64,000 nucleotides of DNA from Marsupella aquatica (GCA_973895155.1 OZ316892.1:30667328-30731327), one strand, 5' to 3'. Counted from the stretch's first letter, positions 25,575 to 39,250 are shown. The notes: generated from the sequence alone by a model not told the origin. Numbers and translations: made by a program.

Positions 25575-26570
25575 TCAAAGCATGGGGAATGAGCTCATGC
25601 AAAAAGGAGGGTAGGGTTTACCTAAAGCTCTGCCAAACAGCCAATCAAGCTGCAGATTTAATTTGCGTCTGAAGCTTCACGGATGACATTCAAATCCGAG
25701 CATGAGCAAGGGGAATGAGCGCAAAAAGGAGGGCAATGAAGCTGCAAGTTTTATTAGGGTCTGAAGCATTCCTGATGATGACGGGAACTTTGGGAAAGAG
25801 TGCGAAGGAGGTCTGAAGAGGATCAAAGGGTTGAACATTGACTCAAATCACTCACTAGCAGCCATCATCGGCAGAATTGAGGTAAATATATGCCTCAATG
25901 CTTTTGTTTTCGAAGAGGAGATTTTTCTCTGCACTGAAGAAGCAAGGACGTTGGACAGAGTATGTGATGATTGACAAAATCAGAGTAGCTTAAATTTTGA
26001 AAGGCTTTGTTTGTTAACAAGAGTTCAAGTTGCGTTAAAGTCTGGAATGACCAACAGTGGCCTTTAAAATACCTTATCTGAGCTTTGTGGAACACAAAAT
26101 AGGTAGCAACTCTGGAAAGTTCTATGATTGGGTTAAATTGATTGAAAGAGCAAGATCCGTGGTATGATGTGAGATCCATGCTCTGATAAATCCGTGTTGC
26201 CTTCAGAGCATGGGGAATGAGTGCAAAAAGGAGGTTCAATGAAGCTGCAGATTTATTAGGGTCTGAAGCTTTGCTGCCAACGTACATTTGAATCCGAATA
26301 GGAACTTCAAGAAAGAGCATGGAGAGGAAGGTCAAGCAGTCAATCAAATCAGTATTGGCAGCTATCGTGAACAGAATTGAGGTACATTAAATTAAATTGA
26401 TTTGCTTTTGTTTTGAAGAGGAGAAGTTGCTTTGGACTGGAGAAGCAAGGACACTAGCTAGACAGAGTATTTGATGATCGACACAATTTAGGGAGTTCCC
26501 AGTTTGAAAGGCTTTTCTCAAGGCTTTTCTTTTTCAAGAGGAGAAGTTGCATTGGACTTGATCAGGAAGG
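25575..26570. repeat. Diverged local segmental duplications upstream of the transposase
   Basis: GCATGGGGAATGAG..CAAAAAGGAGG..AAGCTGCA at ~25580, 25705 and 26207; CAGAATTGAGGTA..GAAGAGGAGA..AGAAGCAAGGAC..GACAGAGTAT at ~25872 and ~26372. Confidence 0.75.
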
Positions 26571-26742
26571 GTAGCAAGTCTAGAGATTAAATGTGATGAT
26601 TTTGTGAGGTATGTTCTAAGTCATGAATTGAAATTGGATCCCTGGGACGTAGGTGAATTTGATTCTATGAGGGTGGGCGACCTTTGATTGGTAAAGGAAG
26701 TTGAACACCCCGACGTATTTGATGCTCCATGATTAGGCTGAA

Positions 26743-29700
26743 ATGGCTACTCTTAATCAGGTATCCGATGCCCTAGCAAGAGAGAGGTTGGAGAAGCGAA
26801 GGTTGGCAAATCGCAAATCCAAGTTGAAAAGACAAGAGCAAATAGCAAACGGTCAGCACATAGGTGGTCAACAGGCAGTTTGCACTGATGAAATGATTCA
26901 TGAAACACAACAACAGTGCAATCTCATGATGGAGAGTGCTAAGCAGCAATGTCAAGATTTAGTGATTGATGGCAACCGAAGGCAAAGAGAGTTATTGGCT
27001 GCTGGGCAATCAGAGGCAATGAGAATTACTAGTGAGGCTCATGAAGCTGCCGCTGTGATGTTGCGTACAGCCCGGGAAGAAAGTGAAAATCTCAAGGAGG
27101 CTGCGCATTCATGCCATTTTGAGATTTTAGAGTCTAGGCGGAGGACCCTAAGGGCAAGCATTCCAACACAGGTCAACGCCCACATTCGAATGCCAAGGCA
27201 GAGCACCCCAACTGCTTGCACTCAAGTGCATGCAGCCCACCTTCATCCACTAAATGAAGGTGAGCACGATAATTGTGGTTGTGATGACCAATTGCAGGAA
27301 GGTTCCATTCTTGAGAAGAGGAGGAAGGATGCAGACAGGAAGAGATTTGAGTACCAAAGGAGCAAGCGCTCTGTTCCAGAAGACTGTGTAACTCCCAACC
27401 GAAAGAGAAGGTGCATTACAATTGTGTTATCAGATATAGTTAGGTACATTTTGGAGAAGACCGCTACATTCAATGTAGGTGCAAGGAGGGCAGTACTATC
27501 TAGTATCTGGTTGCACAAATACTTGAAGAAGTACCAGCCTACAAGACTAGGTTTGCCTAAAATGGATTGGGCTGTAGCTGCTGCATTATGTGATGTGAGG
27601 AAAACCTTGAGCATAGTGAAGCAAGGGAAGCGCAAAGACCATCTTGCTGCAAAGTACCAAGTTTTGTCAGCACTTGTAGGAAAGACATGTGTAGATAGAA
27701 GGCAGCAGACCTCTCTAGCTCAAGCTTTGGGTATACAACGGCAAAATCTTCATAGGGCATCTAAGATCAGGATGCAGATTGATGAAGATCGTGAAAAAAC
27801 TTATCCTATGGGGGAAAGAAAGGTACGTCGAGATAAGATTTCTGATGAAGTTTGAAAACAGGTGGAACACTTTTGGGAAACCCACACTCGGATTTCTCCA
27901 TGTAAGAACAATGAAGCCAGATTGCGACTAGGGCGGAAAATGTATGAAACACATCAAGTGCACTGGCTGGAGGATACACAGGTGAGAAATTCTCCATGAT
28001 TGATTTGCCACTTTTGATTTTAACTCATAATACGATCTGCAGATGTTGAGAAGTAGGTTTCCTTCATGTGTGCTTTAGCCATTGTGCTCTGCTGTAACCG
28101 CCTAGTTTTTTCTTTTAAGGTAGGATCTCAATAATTTTGTGAGACCTGACGTCCTATATAGCCTAGCAGGAAGGACTCTGTTCCAGGAAAATTCCTTCAG
28201 GACTGACTATCTAGGCCTTCAGGAAGCACTGTTGAATCCTTGTCAAGTGAAGTCTGGCATGAGAAACGAGTTGAGTCCTTGGCAAAGTACTATCTAGTTA
28301 ATCACTAAGGACTATATAGTCCTTGACTCAGGAGTATGGATAGCAGTGAAGTCCTTAGTCAAAGGACTTTACTCCTTAGCCAAGGGCTTCACTAAGCGTC
28401 AAGGACTATATAGTCCTTATCAAAGGACTTTACTACTTTTTAAAGGACTTTGTAAAGGACTTTACTACTTTGTAAAGGACTATAGTCCTTTCTAAAGGAC
28501 TTAACTCCTTTTTGAAGGACTATTAATAGTCCTTACTCAAGGACTTTACTACTTTGTAAAGGACTATAGTCCTTACTAAAGGACTTTACTACTTTGTAAA
28601 GAACTATAGTCCTTGCTCAAGGACTTTACTCCTTTGTGAAGGACTATTAATAGTCCTTCCTAAAGGACTTTACTACTTCGTAAAGGACTTTAGTCCTTAC
28701 TCAAGGACTTTACTACTTTGTAAAGGACTATAGTCCTTTCTCAAGGACTTCACTCCTTTGTGAAGGACTATTAATAGTCTTTACTAAAGGACTTTACTAC
28801 TTTGTGAAGGACTATAGTCCTTTCTCAAGGACTTTACTCCTTTGTGAAGGACTATTAATAGTCCTTACAAAAGGACTTTACTACTTTGTAAAGGACTATA
28901 GTCCTTCCCCAAGGACTTTACTCCTTTTAACAGGACTACTAATAGTCCTTGGACTTTACTCCTTGGTACGGGCTTTCGTAACTTAGGACTATAGTTCTTA
29001 TTCTTTCAAGAATTGTAGTCCTTTGTAAAGGACTATAGTCCTTACTCAAGTGTTTACTCCTTTGTAAAGGACTATAGTACTTACTTAAGGACTTGACTCC
29101 TTTGTAAAGGACTATAGTCTTTATTCAAGGATTGTAGTCCTTATTGAAGTACTTTACTCCTTTGTCGAGGCCTGTCTTTAGTCCTCATCCGAGGACTATG
29201 TAGTCCTTCGATAAGGACTTTAATCCTTTGTAAAGGACTATAGTCATGGGTTGTGTTACGTCTATAGACTAGTCCTTTGTCAGCGAGTGAAGCGCTTTGA
29301 CCAAATGATTGTAGTACTCCTCCCCGATGGACTTTAGACCTTAAGCTTTGCTGGTAGTCTTCCAATGAGGATTCCAACCCTTGCTGAAGGACTTCAGTCT
29401 AAAAGTAAGTAGTACCCAGATATCTAGGGATTTTTATGGCTGCACATTTGAGGGTGTCTATTTGCTATAGTATTTCTAATAAAACTCTCCTGTATGTTTA
29501 CAGTATCAATTCTATTCAGCATTTCGTGACTGGTGCACAAGGGAGCAGAATGGGGTGTCTGTAGGGATGCGGTCATTCATACACTTCAAGCCATATTATG
29601 TTCGCAAGATGAAGGACCGAAATGTTTGTTGCTGCAAACAACATGTGGAGATGGACTTACTGAAAGAGGCAATTAACAAATTTAGGTGGCACCAGCACAA

Positions 29701-31644
29701 TAAGGACTGTCCTTGTGAATGTGATATCTGTAGACCCTTAGGTGTTGTACCCATTTCTTCTTGTATGGCATCTACAAAGTCCATAACCTCAGTTCGTGGC
29801 TGGATAGAGGAAGCTCTCTGTCCTAGATTGCCTGAGAACGAGTGGCACCAAAAAGCCTGTATTATAGGTGAATGTGACAAATGTGGAGTAGAGAAGTTGG
29901 ATTGGTGCACTCAGGAGTTGGACCCTGCACAGAAACAAATGATCGATTGGCAGTCGTTTGAATATCATGACCTGGATGACACTGCCCAACAAAAGAGAGA
30001 GAAAAAGAAAGGGTCTGAAGAGAGCGCAACAAAGAAGGCTAGGCGATTGAGGATGGTTTATAAGAAAACTCCCATGGTAGATTTTAAGAGGGCGGTGTTG
30101 GATACCATGAAAACATTTATTGTGCATAACTTTCAAGCACATTGGCAGTCGCAACAATTTAGACAATGTCTCAAAACATTTCCAAGAGGGACAATTGTTT
30201 CTTCAATAGATTTTTCAGAAAATTACACTTTTTTGCCTCAAAATGAGATTCAGAGTCAACATTGGGACAATAAGCAAGTGACATTGTTAATCCATGTTAC
30301 CTATAGACATAGGGAAGATGCCGATTCACTTGAAGCTGCAGTGGGTAGGCCTGTGCAAGCAGCACAAAATGCTGATAGGACTCGTGATATTATAGCCGAT
30401 TACCATTTCTACATTAGTGACGATAACTGTCATGACACTCTTTTTGTGCAACATTGCATGGATGCACATTGGGAGTGGATGGCTGATCAGGGCATTCATG
30501 TTGATCAACATTGGGTTTGGTCTGATGGGGCTGCCTCTCAGTTCAAGGCCTGCAGACCGTTTTATTACGTCAGTAGGTACGTACTACTCGAGGTTTGGTG
30601 CACGGATGAAATGGTTCTTCCATGCCTCTGGCCATGGGAAGGGTGTTGCTGTGAGTATCTTTTGAACACACTTTGCAACCAATTCTGTGAATACCCGCCT
30701 TTCAACTGAAGTGTAGTAAGTTTCTAATGGAGTTGGATGTCCAGACTTGCACACCGAAGAGACTTCTAATTTGTGTTTCTGGTATGCTGTAATAGGATGC
30801 TCTCGGAGGTCACATCAAGACCGGGCTTGCAACTGAGCAACTGAAAGGCATCAATGGTCATCGTCTGGAGGGTGCATCAGATGTGGTGAAGTTTTGCAAA
30901 GACAAGTTTGCCGTTGGTCAATTGCAAGAGTATGGTGATGTGCAACTCGTTCGACGTGTTTTTTGGGAAATTCCAGTTGGCACTGTAAACAGAAGGAAGA
31001 AGTGGGATTGTGATCCAATCAAGGATTGTAGATCTTTGCACTGCTTTGATGGATTTAGTAAGAGTTTGTCAACATTGTTGCAAGTTCGAGAGCTCAGTTG
31101 TTTTTGTGTAGCTTGTGTTGATGATGATCCAATGAATTGTGAGAACAAGGAATGGGTGGGCAAGTATCGCCTAGAGATGGTCAAAGGGGTATTGCAGGCA
31201 GATGTCAGACCTAATGTACAGAACATCGGAGAGGGTGAAGGACTGCTTCACAACATCTCTCTGCCAGAATGTGTCCAATTGGGAGATTTCTATGCATGTC
31301 GTGCTTGTCAACCGAATCAAGATAATGTAGATTTCTACATTTATCAGTGCGAAGAGGTGCTCCACACAGTCACAAAGAGTTTTGCTGATGGGTACCAGGT
31401 ACAATTCAAGGCAGGGGACATGGCCTTAAAGGGGAGGTGGTTCCAACCATATCCAGGATCTGAAAACAAGTTTGTCTTCAATTCTGCTTCTCCTTTCAGC
31501 TACTGCCACCCAGGGGAAGTCATTCACATTCGATTTGGTTTGACACCATGTGACGTGCCCAAGGGAGGCAAGGGACGAGGTGCTAGATTTTACACACTAG
31601 ACTCAGACACTATAGAAGCCATTTATGACTCGCTGCAGGTGTAG
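26743..31644 (+). pseudogene. Sola2-like DDD transposase (spliced, disrupted)
   Basis: Cys clusters, DFSENY..EIQSQHW..QVT, WSDGAASQFK and, after splicing, HGKGVADALGGHIK. Introns 27982-29503 and 30651-30795; TGA at 27853; 4-bp GTAC duplication frameshift at 30577-30584. Confidence 0.75.
28170..29395. repeat. Intronic palindromic satellite (AAGGACTATAGTCCTT / AAGGACTTTACTACTTTGT)
   Basis: Dozens of AAGGACT and AGTCCTT half-sites with higher-order periodicity inside transposase intron 1. Confidence 0.95.
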
Positions 31645-32884
31645 GTTCTGTAAGACTCGCTGCAGGTGTAGGTTCTGTAGGTTCTGGATGTGTGTGATGA
31701 GGATATCCAAAGTTTCAGTCTCGTAGGTGAGGCTAGTTTTGTCTTACATGAAGATTTCCAAGAATTCTGTCTCGTAGGCGAGGCTGGTTTTTATGGAACT
31801 GTAAAATTGTTCAGAGATTTAATGTAAGGCGCGCATTGACTTATTTTTCACCTTCATTTCATTTTCTCATCAACAATGGTTGGTCACAACCCGTCAGGCA
31901 GAACCAGTAACATTGTGTAAGTACTGCTGTAATGGTAGTGTCCCTCAAAAGTGTCGGAATGACTAAGTGTCATTATACTTTTTTGACAAACATACAAATC
32001 TATCATCTTTGACTATTTTTCACTTCTAATCCTAAACTCCAAAAGTGGTGAATCTTAAGCCGTGGCTTCTACTATCTACAATCTCTATGCTAACAATTTT
32101 TAAGACTTTTTCTGAGTAGCTAAAGTGCCTCAATAAAATTGCAGAAAAGTGCTTACATAGCACAAACCCTAAATCCATCCATATCCATGAACAGATTCCT
32201 TGTCGCCTAAATACTTGATGTCTTCAGGTTCTTTCCATGGTTTCCCATTCTACTCGTCCGACCCTGAAGGGGCTTTACTAGGACAATATTGAATATCTAT
32301 CCCAGTGGGAGTTTTATTGGTTTTGAGGCACTTTGTCTCTCAATTGAGAGAGTTAAATTATCATTTTTGCATGTACTCAATATTACATATTCAATATTTC
32401 ACCGGCGGGGCAATAATTTTGATCACGTTGGGGACACCCGCATGGTTCTGTTGCTCGCCATGACCAAAGAACAATAGAAAAAATCACACAAACCATAATA
32501 ATGCACTTTGCCAATACTTCAAAGTAAAGCGGGTCTGGAGAAGTGTCCCATGTTGAAGCCAGACATTATCCCGCAAGGAATTTGCAGCACCCACACGTAG
32601 ACAGGATCCTAGTGGAAACAAAAGTCGAAATGTATGGAGCTTTTGTGACCAAACCACTCAATTAAAATAGACATGAATGTGGGCATGAATAACATGTGCG
32701 GTTTTCTTCAAACTCTGTAAATTGTAACCAGGCACCAAATTCTGAGATGAATACATAGTTGGTAAGAAAAAGTCTTACAATGAAAACGAGGCTCACAAGG
32801 CCTCAATCCCTAACAAAGTATCATCCAAAACCAGATGATTTAACCCAGCCATCCGAAACCCTTCCTCTTGTATAGTTTGACTGC

Positions 32885-35800
32885 CTACTTTTTGATGCTA
32901 AAAGACCTGAATGTCTCCAGTATGTCTGACCCTAGGTCAGCAACAATATTCTTAAGCTTGCTAAGGCCAACTTCGGCCACAGACGACTCGTCTGCTGGAG
33001 CCTCGACTTTGATTTCTTCAAAGTACAATGCTCGAGGCAGATCTCCTCCCTTGTCACCCTTGACATACCTGATGATCCAAGTCCTTGCCAAAACCTGATC
33101 CCTGATCTCATCTCTCCTCTCATCATCAAAATCCCTATAGTCCTGGCCCGAGATCCCCATCAACTGCAGACCATTAGCTTCATTCACTTGAAGCACCACA
33201 TCGCCAACCTGCACAGCAAAACAATACATATATGTTCCTTCCCCATCCCTAGAACAAGAGTGCTGGAGTCTGTTGCGTGATCGAGGACCTAAAGGTGACT
33301 CAGGATTCTGCATTCTCAACCTCCGTTTGTGCTTTCCCAAGGTGCAGGGACGGCCGTCACTCAAAACTCCCCCACAGCCTTCATAAGTAAAGGCTCCAGC
33401 ACATAGACCCCATATCTGATCAATCCTGATCTCATGGAGAGTATCATATAGGCTAAGCTTCTCCATCTGCAAAACTGAAGCACCTCATTCTCAAAATCAA
33501 GAATTCAACAATTTGAATCAAACAAACTAACCAAAGACTCTTGCACTTTCTCACTCGACAGACTTTTGCAAGGATTTCCCAAGGACTTCAAGTCCTTCCT
33601 CACTCCAAGTCCTTGGTAAATCCTTAGAGTCCTTACCGAAGGACTTAGCCAAGGACTCAGTGTTCTTGTCGATGGACTAAGTGTCCTTTCCCAAGGACTC
33701 GGGGTCCTTCCCCAAGGACTCCGGGTCCTTCCCCAAGGACTCCGAAGGACTCGGGGTCCTTCCCCAAGGACTCCGAAGGACTCCCTCTCCTTCCCCAAGG
33801 ACTCCGTGTCCTTGCCCAAGGACTCCAAAGGACTCCCTCTCCTTGCCCAAGGACTCCGTGTCCTTTCCCAAAGGACTCCGTGTCCTTTCCCAAAGGACTC
33901 CATGTCCTTTCCCAAGGACTCTTCCCAAGGACTCCGTGTCCTTTCCCAATGACTACTAGTCCTTTCCCAAGGACTCTACCCAAGGACTCCAAGTCCTAGT
34001 CATGGCCGAAGGACTCCCAGTCCTTGCCCCACGACTCCAATAAGGACTTCAAGTGCTTATGAAGGACTTTAAGTGCTCAAGCGAGAACTGAAAGTCCTTA
34101 AGAAGGACTTGAACTCCTTGGCCCTTGTTGTCCGAGTCCTGCTAGTGTGACAAACCATAATGACAACCAAAGGCAAACAAATAAAGGACAAAAGAACATC
34201 ACAAGGTAGGAAACCCATAGTTACCTGCTTGATCTCTACAACTAGTTCACAGTAGTGGCTCTTGTTTTCCGCCCTGATTTAGTTTGCTGCACATAAAACG
34301 ATTTTCTATATTATTCAGTTTACAGCACCCAGAGAAAAACCTTCTTCCTTTTGCTACGGGTCTCTCACAAGAAGTTGCAATCTTTTCCTGGAGTTTGATG
34401 ACTTGCGAGGAACAACTTGGGATTGGATTGCACTCCTGGACTGTGGAGGAGATGTTTCTCCTGCTTCAGTTTGAACAAGGCTCAACAGTTGCCTGAATGA
34501 AACATGAGAGCGAGACTCAGGAGTGAAGGGCAAGGTGCCAAGCTCAAGAGATGTCAATGGGGTACTGGTCACCTTGCTAGCTACTTCACTCTCCTGCTTC
34601 TGTTTCTTCCTCACATGCAGTCCGATGGCTGCTGTGGAATTGAACACTGGCATTTCAGGAGACTCATCCACAGGGGCACCCTGTTCATGCACCACACTAG
34701 TGTGGTCCACATTGTTCAACAACACAGTTGCTTGGACCTCGGCTTGTTCCTGCACACACAATGACGACATTCACTTAATGGCCCAACTAAAAACTCAAAC
34801 TGTCCAACTACCTAAACATGACCTGCAGGCCTAGTCTGGTTATACACATACCATTGCTTGCGTGGACTGCATCTGTTGCAAAAGGTGACGACGTGTGCCC
34901 AATTGGGCACTGTTAGCCCCATATGTTGCCTTCAAATCCTGAATATAGGAGCCTTCACCTGACGGCAGCTTGTCTACCACTCTCTTTGGAAGACCCCAAC
35001 TTCGAATCCAATCTTCACAAAAGGGTTCCCCACAAGCAAAGCAACAACTTGTCCTTGTTTTATCCCCCAACAAGGTAAATAAACAATGCGGATGATAGGC
35101 GTGGCCACAACTTGCTGGAACCCAATTGAAACAATGATACTCGTGGCAACAAACTGGACAATTACTCACGAACACTTCAGTTCCCACTATCGCAGTTGAT
35201 GTGGGAACAAATCGAGGCTGCAATGCTGGACATGGATTGGACAACACAGGCTCCAAAATGGACAATTCAGCCTTTTGAGCTGCTGCAGCCAACTCCAAAC
35301 GCTTCACATGTCCTTCCAACTGTGATTCCACAACTTTCAAACGAGCCACCTTGTGTGGTAACTGTTCAAAGCGCTTCTTCCTGGTCTCAATGAGCTTCTC
35401 AAATGTAGCCATCCCCTTTAGGATAAATGACTCAGATTCCTTCAAAGCCTCCATGGCCTTGTTACCCTCCTCCAACTTCTGTTGCAGGATAACAACATAG
35501 CTTTCCTGCCCACCCCAAAAAATATATGCACACGACAACATTATTTGCAGCTCGTCGTCAATGCATCAATGCCTCGTCCTGCTAAATTGAATCCAACATC
35601 TCAACTAAACATATATATCCAGCCTACAGATAGTTTGATGGACACAGGGACAGGTCTGACATTGTACCTCCTCATCTTGCTCTCCCTTGAGCTCCTCAAG
35701 CTCTATTTCCGTTGACATGTCATCATACAAGGTGTCTGCGGCCTTCACTTTGATTCTCACATCTTGCAATTCTTGCTGTAGTTTATGAAGTTGGTCCACT

Positions 35801-36852
35801 AGATCAGAGCTGAGTTTTGGATGATCCTTGTTTGCTGCCTCCAAGTCTTGCAGAGTCTTCTGAACCTTACTGATGCTCTCATGGGTGTCTCTAAGACTGC
35901 ATTTGATCGTGACTATTTGCCCATCCAGAATAGCAAGCAAAAGACTTCTTGGCACTATAGGGACAACAGGAGAAATAGGCTTGGCAGAGGGAAGCGTTGT
36001 TGTGGGGGCAGAAAGGGCAGCCTCCAATGGTTTGGGATGTGCGCTCTCGTGTGCGCTTCCCTTGCTACCAAAATCCGCTCCTGAATCGGCTGTCCCCGGA
36101 TGAGCTTTGTCCCCTGGCGCTTGATGCTTGATACAAATCTTTTTCCTAACCCGATTCTGAGTATCTTCACTAAATTCCTGAGGCACTGGTGGCAAATACA
36201 GACGCAACCTCCTAACGCAAGGAGGCCCATCTGGCCTACCCTTGCCATCTCGCTCCCATTGTGCAATTTGCCCCTTCAGCTTCGACACCGCATACACACA
36301 CCAGTCCACCTTTCGCCTTTGGATCCTTTCTGCATATGCCCCTTTGATGAAAGTGAAAGACAAGAATCCATTCACTGGTGCATCGTAACCATCCACGACT
36401 TGGGATAGCTGCAAAACCTCCTCAATTGGGAGGCCCACACAGAGACTCAACTTATACCCATTCCTATCTTTCTCTCCAAACACTTCGGCCAATTGCTCCT
36501 TGGAAATGTCTTTGATCTTATGAGGATTAACACCTTCATTTGGAAGACCAAATGTGACATGGAAATACTCTGCGTCCTTCACATAATCTTTAGGATCCCA
36601 TGGCTCTAGAGGCGGCTCCACCTTAGTCTTTGGTTTTGAAGTTTTGATACTCTCTACAAGAGCTGGAGAGTCGGGAGAAGCACGATCTGTAGCTTGGGAG
36701 ACATACGTGGTTGGTTTGCTAGTGGACCGGACTCTACTGCTACGAGGGAGAACAGGGTCTGGGACTGTAACTATCTCCATTTCTCCTAGCTCAAGAGTAG
36801 AAGTTCTAGGAGCTTCTGGATTATCAGTTGAGGCATCCATGACGGCATTCAA
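32885..36852 (-). CDS. Multi-exon cargo gene: unknown N-terminal domain, coiled coil, RING-H2 finger, RPA70-C-like OB fold; possibly disrupted
   Basis: RING-H2: CPVC..SCGHAYHPHC..CFAC. Last exon FTYEGC..C..C..YCFAVQVGD..QLMGISGQDY resembles the RPA1 C-terminal Zn-OB domain. Plausible introns ~35505-35666, ~34751-34851 and ~33467-34224. Confidence 0.55.
33530..34140. repeat. Intronic CCAAGGACTCC..GTCCTT minisatellite
   Basis: About 25 units of 10-23 bp sharing the AAGGACT core with the 28-29 kb array. Confidence 0.95.
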
Positions 36853-37913
36853 AAATACGCTAGTACAGAGGAAAGTTGTGGTGAAAACTCAAAGTATAAG
36901 CAAGCGTATCGGGCCAACACCTACATTATTACCTCAGGACTGCTACGGATTGAAAATGGATGTTGGTTGGATTCAATCACCAACGAATCGGGTAAAATTT
37001 CCTCCGCTGGCTTCAAACAAACCGCCCGCTCGGCCTACATGCATTACACAATGGAATTAGAAGGTTGCATTACTCCAACCAATGCAGCGGATAATCCCAT
37101 GTTAATAGCATGCGAACAGATAGGGGTACATACGACGGTCTATCGAAAAGTCAGCTAAGGAATCAAAAGAATGCTAGCCATCATTTTTGAGAGTTTGATC
37201 ATCATGTGCAAACCAAACCTATGTCACCGACCCGTTGACGTGCTCAGATGTGAAAAAAACAATGAAATCGCTTCCGGAAGTAAGTTGGCCGTCCTCCACT
37301 AGCTTCCCTTTGTTGCCAATAAACTCTGTTGCGACGAGAGCTCTCGGGCTGTAATTATCTCAATGGTTTGAATGGGCCGGGCCAACATGGACAATCTTGC
37401 AATGCGCAACAAAATACCTACTCGTTTGCAATTTCTCGTCGCTCTCTCTTCCTGCCCCAACACTCGAACACTACTGATTTTGGCTATGGACCTCAAGCTG
37501 CTTGGTGTCCACCATGAAACACTTCGTAAAATTTGATAGGCTCAGGCATAAAACTCTCAATAATACTCCTTTGTCCTCGAGTCCTTACTACTGTTGAGAC
37601 TATCGCGCCAAAGTTGGAAGGACTTGGAGTCCTTGTTTTCAAAATGTCCTGGCCGGCGGGGATTGCGAGGACATTTATTGTAGGTTTCCAAGACTTCTGA
37701 GTCCTTTTTTTGAAAAGTAAACGATGGCTACTCGCCTCGAGGACATTAAACACATCATAAGTACTCTATATGAGGATACGAGTGCAAGCTTTACTAGGGT
37801 CCTACTAAATCCAAAAAAGTTCATTTAATGGAATCAGTTCACCAGTTCAAATCTAGCCTTTGATATACGTATCCTCAATCTTGGCCATTGAGGGATATGT
37901 TGCACATTTAATG

Positions 37914-38978
37914 CAAAATGGCAAGGACTCGAGTCCTTTTTGTGGAGAAAAAAGGAGAAAAATGGTAGTCCTCAATCATGCAATGGACCATCAAGCGCAA
38001 ATTGCTGATTTTGGATCCCAAATCCAGGGCAAATCCAGAAATGTTGTGATCCCAAGTGGAGTGCATTGGGATAGAAAAAATGGAATTAGTCGCATGTACA
38101 CAGAGAGGTCAGGGCTCCATGAGTTTCTAAAGTTGGTTTTTGACCGATTTGATGTTGCAATTTGGACATGTGCTGGGGTACATTGAACAGTGAAAATGTT
38201 GAACATGATGTTCACTGCTGAGGAGCGGTTGAAACTTAAGTTTGTATTCACACAGGTGGAAGCCTTTGACACAGGCATTCAAAGGCGTGACATTACAAAC
38301 GGAAAGGCAAATGTGCTACTGAAGGATTTTCGGGTGATATGGAGTGGATTTGGAAATCTATATGATGAAACCAACACTCTCCTTGTGGATGACTCCCCCC
38401 TTAAGGCATTTGCCAACCCAAGCATGACCGGACTATTTCCAGTGCCCTACACGCATGCCAATGGTGGAGATAATTTTCTTCTAACAATTCTTTGGCCTTG
38501 TCTTGAGAAACTATCCCATGCAAGTGACATTAGATGTTATCTTCTTCTTAACTCTCCACTGTGGTCTCTATTGCACATAAAGAGAGACAAGGTAAAAAAT
38601 GAAATTACTTATGATCAACTTAGTAAGAGATGTGCAACAAAAATTTGGAAGTCACACTTTACGCATAGTGTGTTGGACCTCAATAGCAATGAGATTCCTT
38701 GGAGCGTGAAGCATCGTATATGTAGTTTACGTCATGAGGCAGAACTTGACGATGCACTTGTCACGTCACTTGCTAAAGCATTTGTAGGAAGGGACTATTC
38801 AGGTCCGCATAGAGAAAATCCCAGACACTTTTTGCGGGAGATTATAGCCATTAGGAACAACACCACCAAGTTTCAGCTCCCTGAAGATAAAGGGACTTGC
38901 AACCATGACACTAGGGTAGATAGTAAAGGAGACATGGGCACGTGCTCAAATACACATTGTAAGGAGCACATTGTTTAG
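37914..38978 (+). pseudogene. FCP1/NIF-like HAD phosphatase domain gene
   Basis: RSGLHEFLKLVFDRFDVAIWTCA, LLKDFRVIW and NTLLVDDSPLKAFANP; in-frame TGA at 38184; N-terminal DxD motif not seen. Confidence 0.75.
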
Positions 38979-39250
38979 AGATATGACTCATGTTAAGCCC
39001 CTTAGATAGAAGAAATACATTGTAAATTTGGAGATAATTGTGTATTATTTTATAATCTATTTGGAGTTATGTCATTTTGTTCACACATATTCAAGGGTTT
39101 CTTTGTGCCAAAATGTTTTTATAAGTATGATCTCTATCCTACTATTCTTTGTGATTTCATAAATAATTATCTCTATCCTATTATTCTTTGTGAATCAATA
39201 AATGATAATATGTATTATTTATTAATATAATACTAATATGATTCGGCCTA

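Noticed and set aside
28170-29395. CRISPR array or coding ORFs 28804-28986 and 29141-29377
   Set aside because: Tandem satellite without unique spacers, inside a GT-AG intron.
32885-33472. Helitron suggested by the RPA-like domain
   Set aside because: No Rep/PIF1 helicase motifs or convincing CTRR end with hairpin seen.
33505-33992. Overlapping repetitive ORFs in several frames
   Set aside because: Artefacts of the stop-free CCAAGGACT minisatellite.
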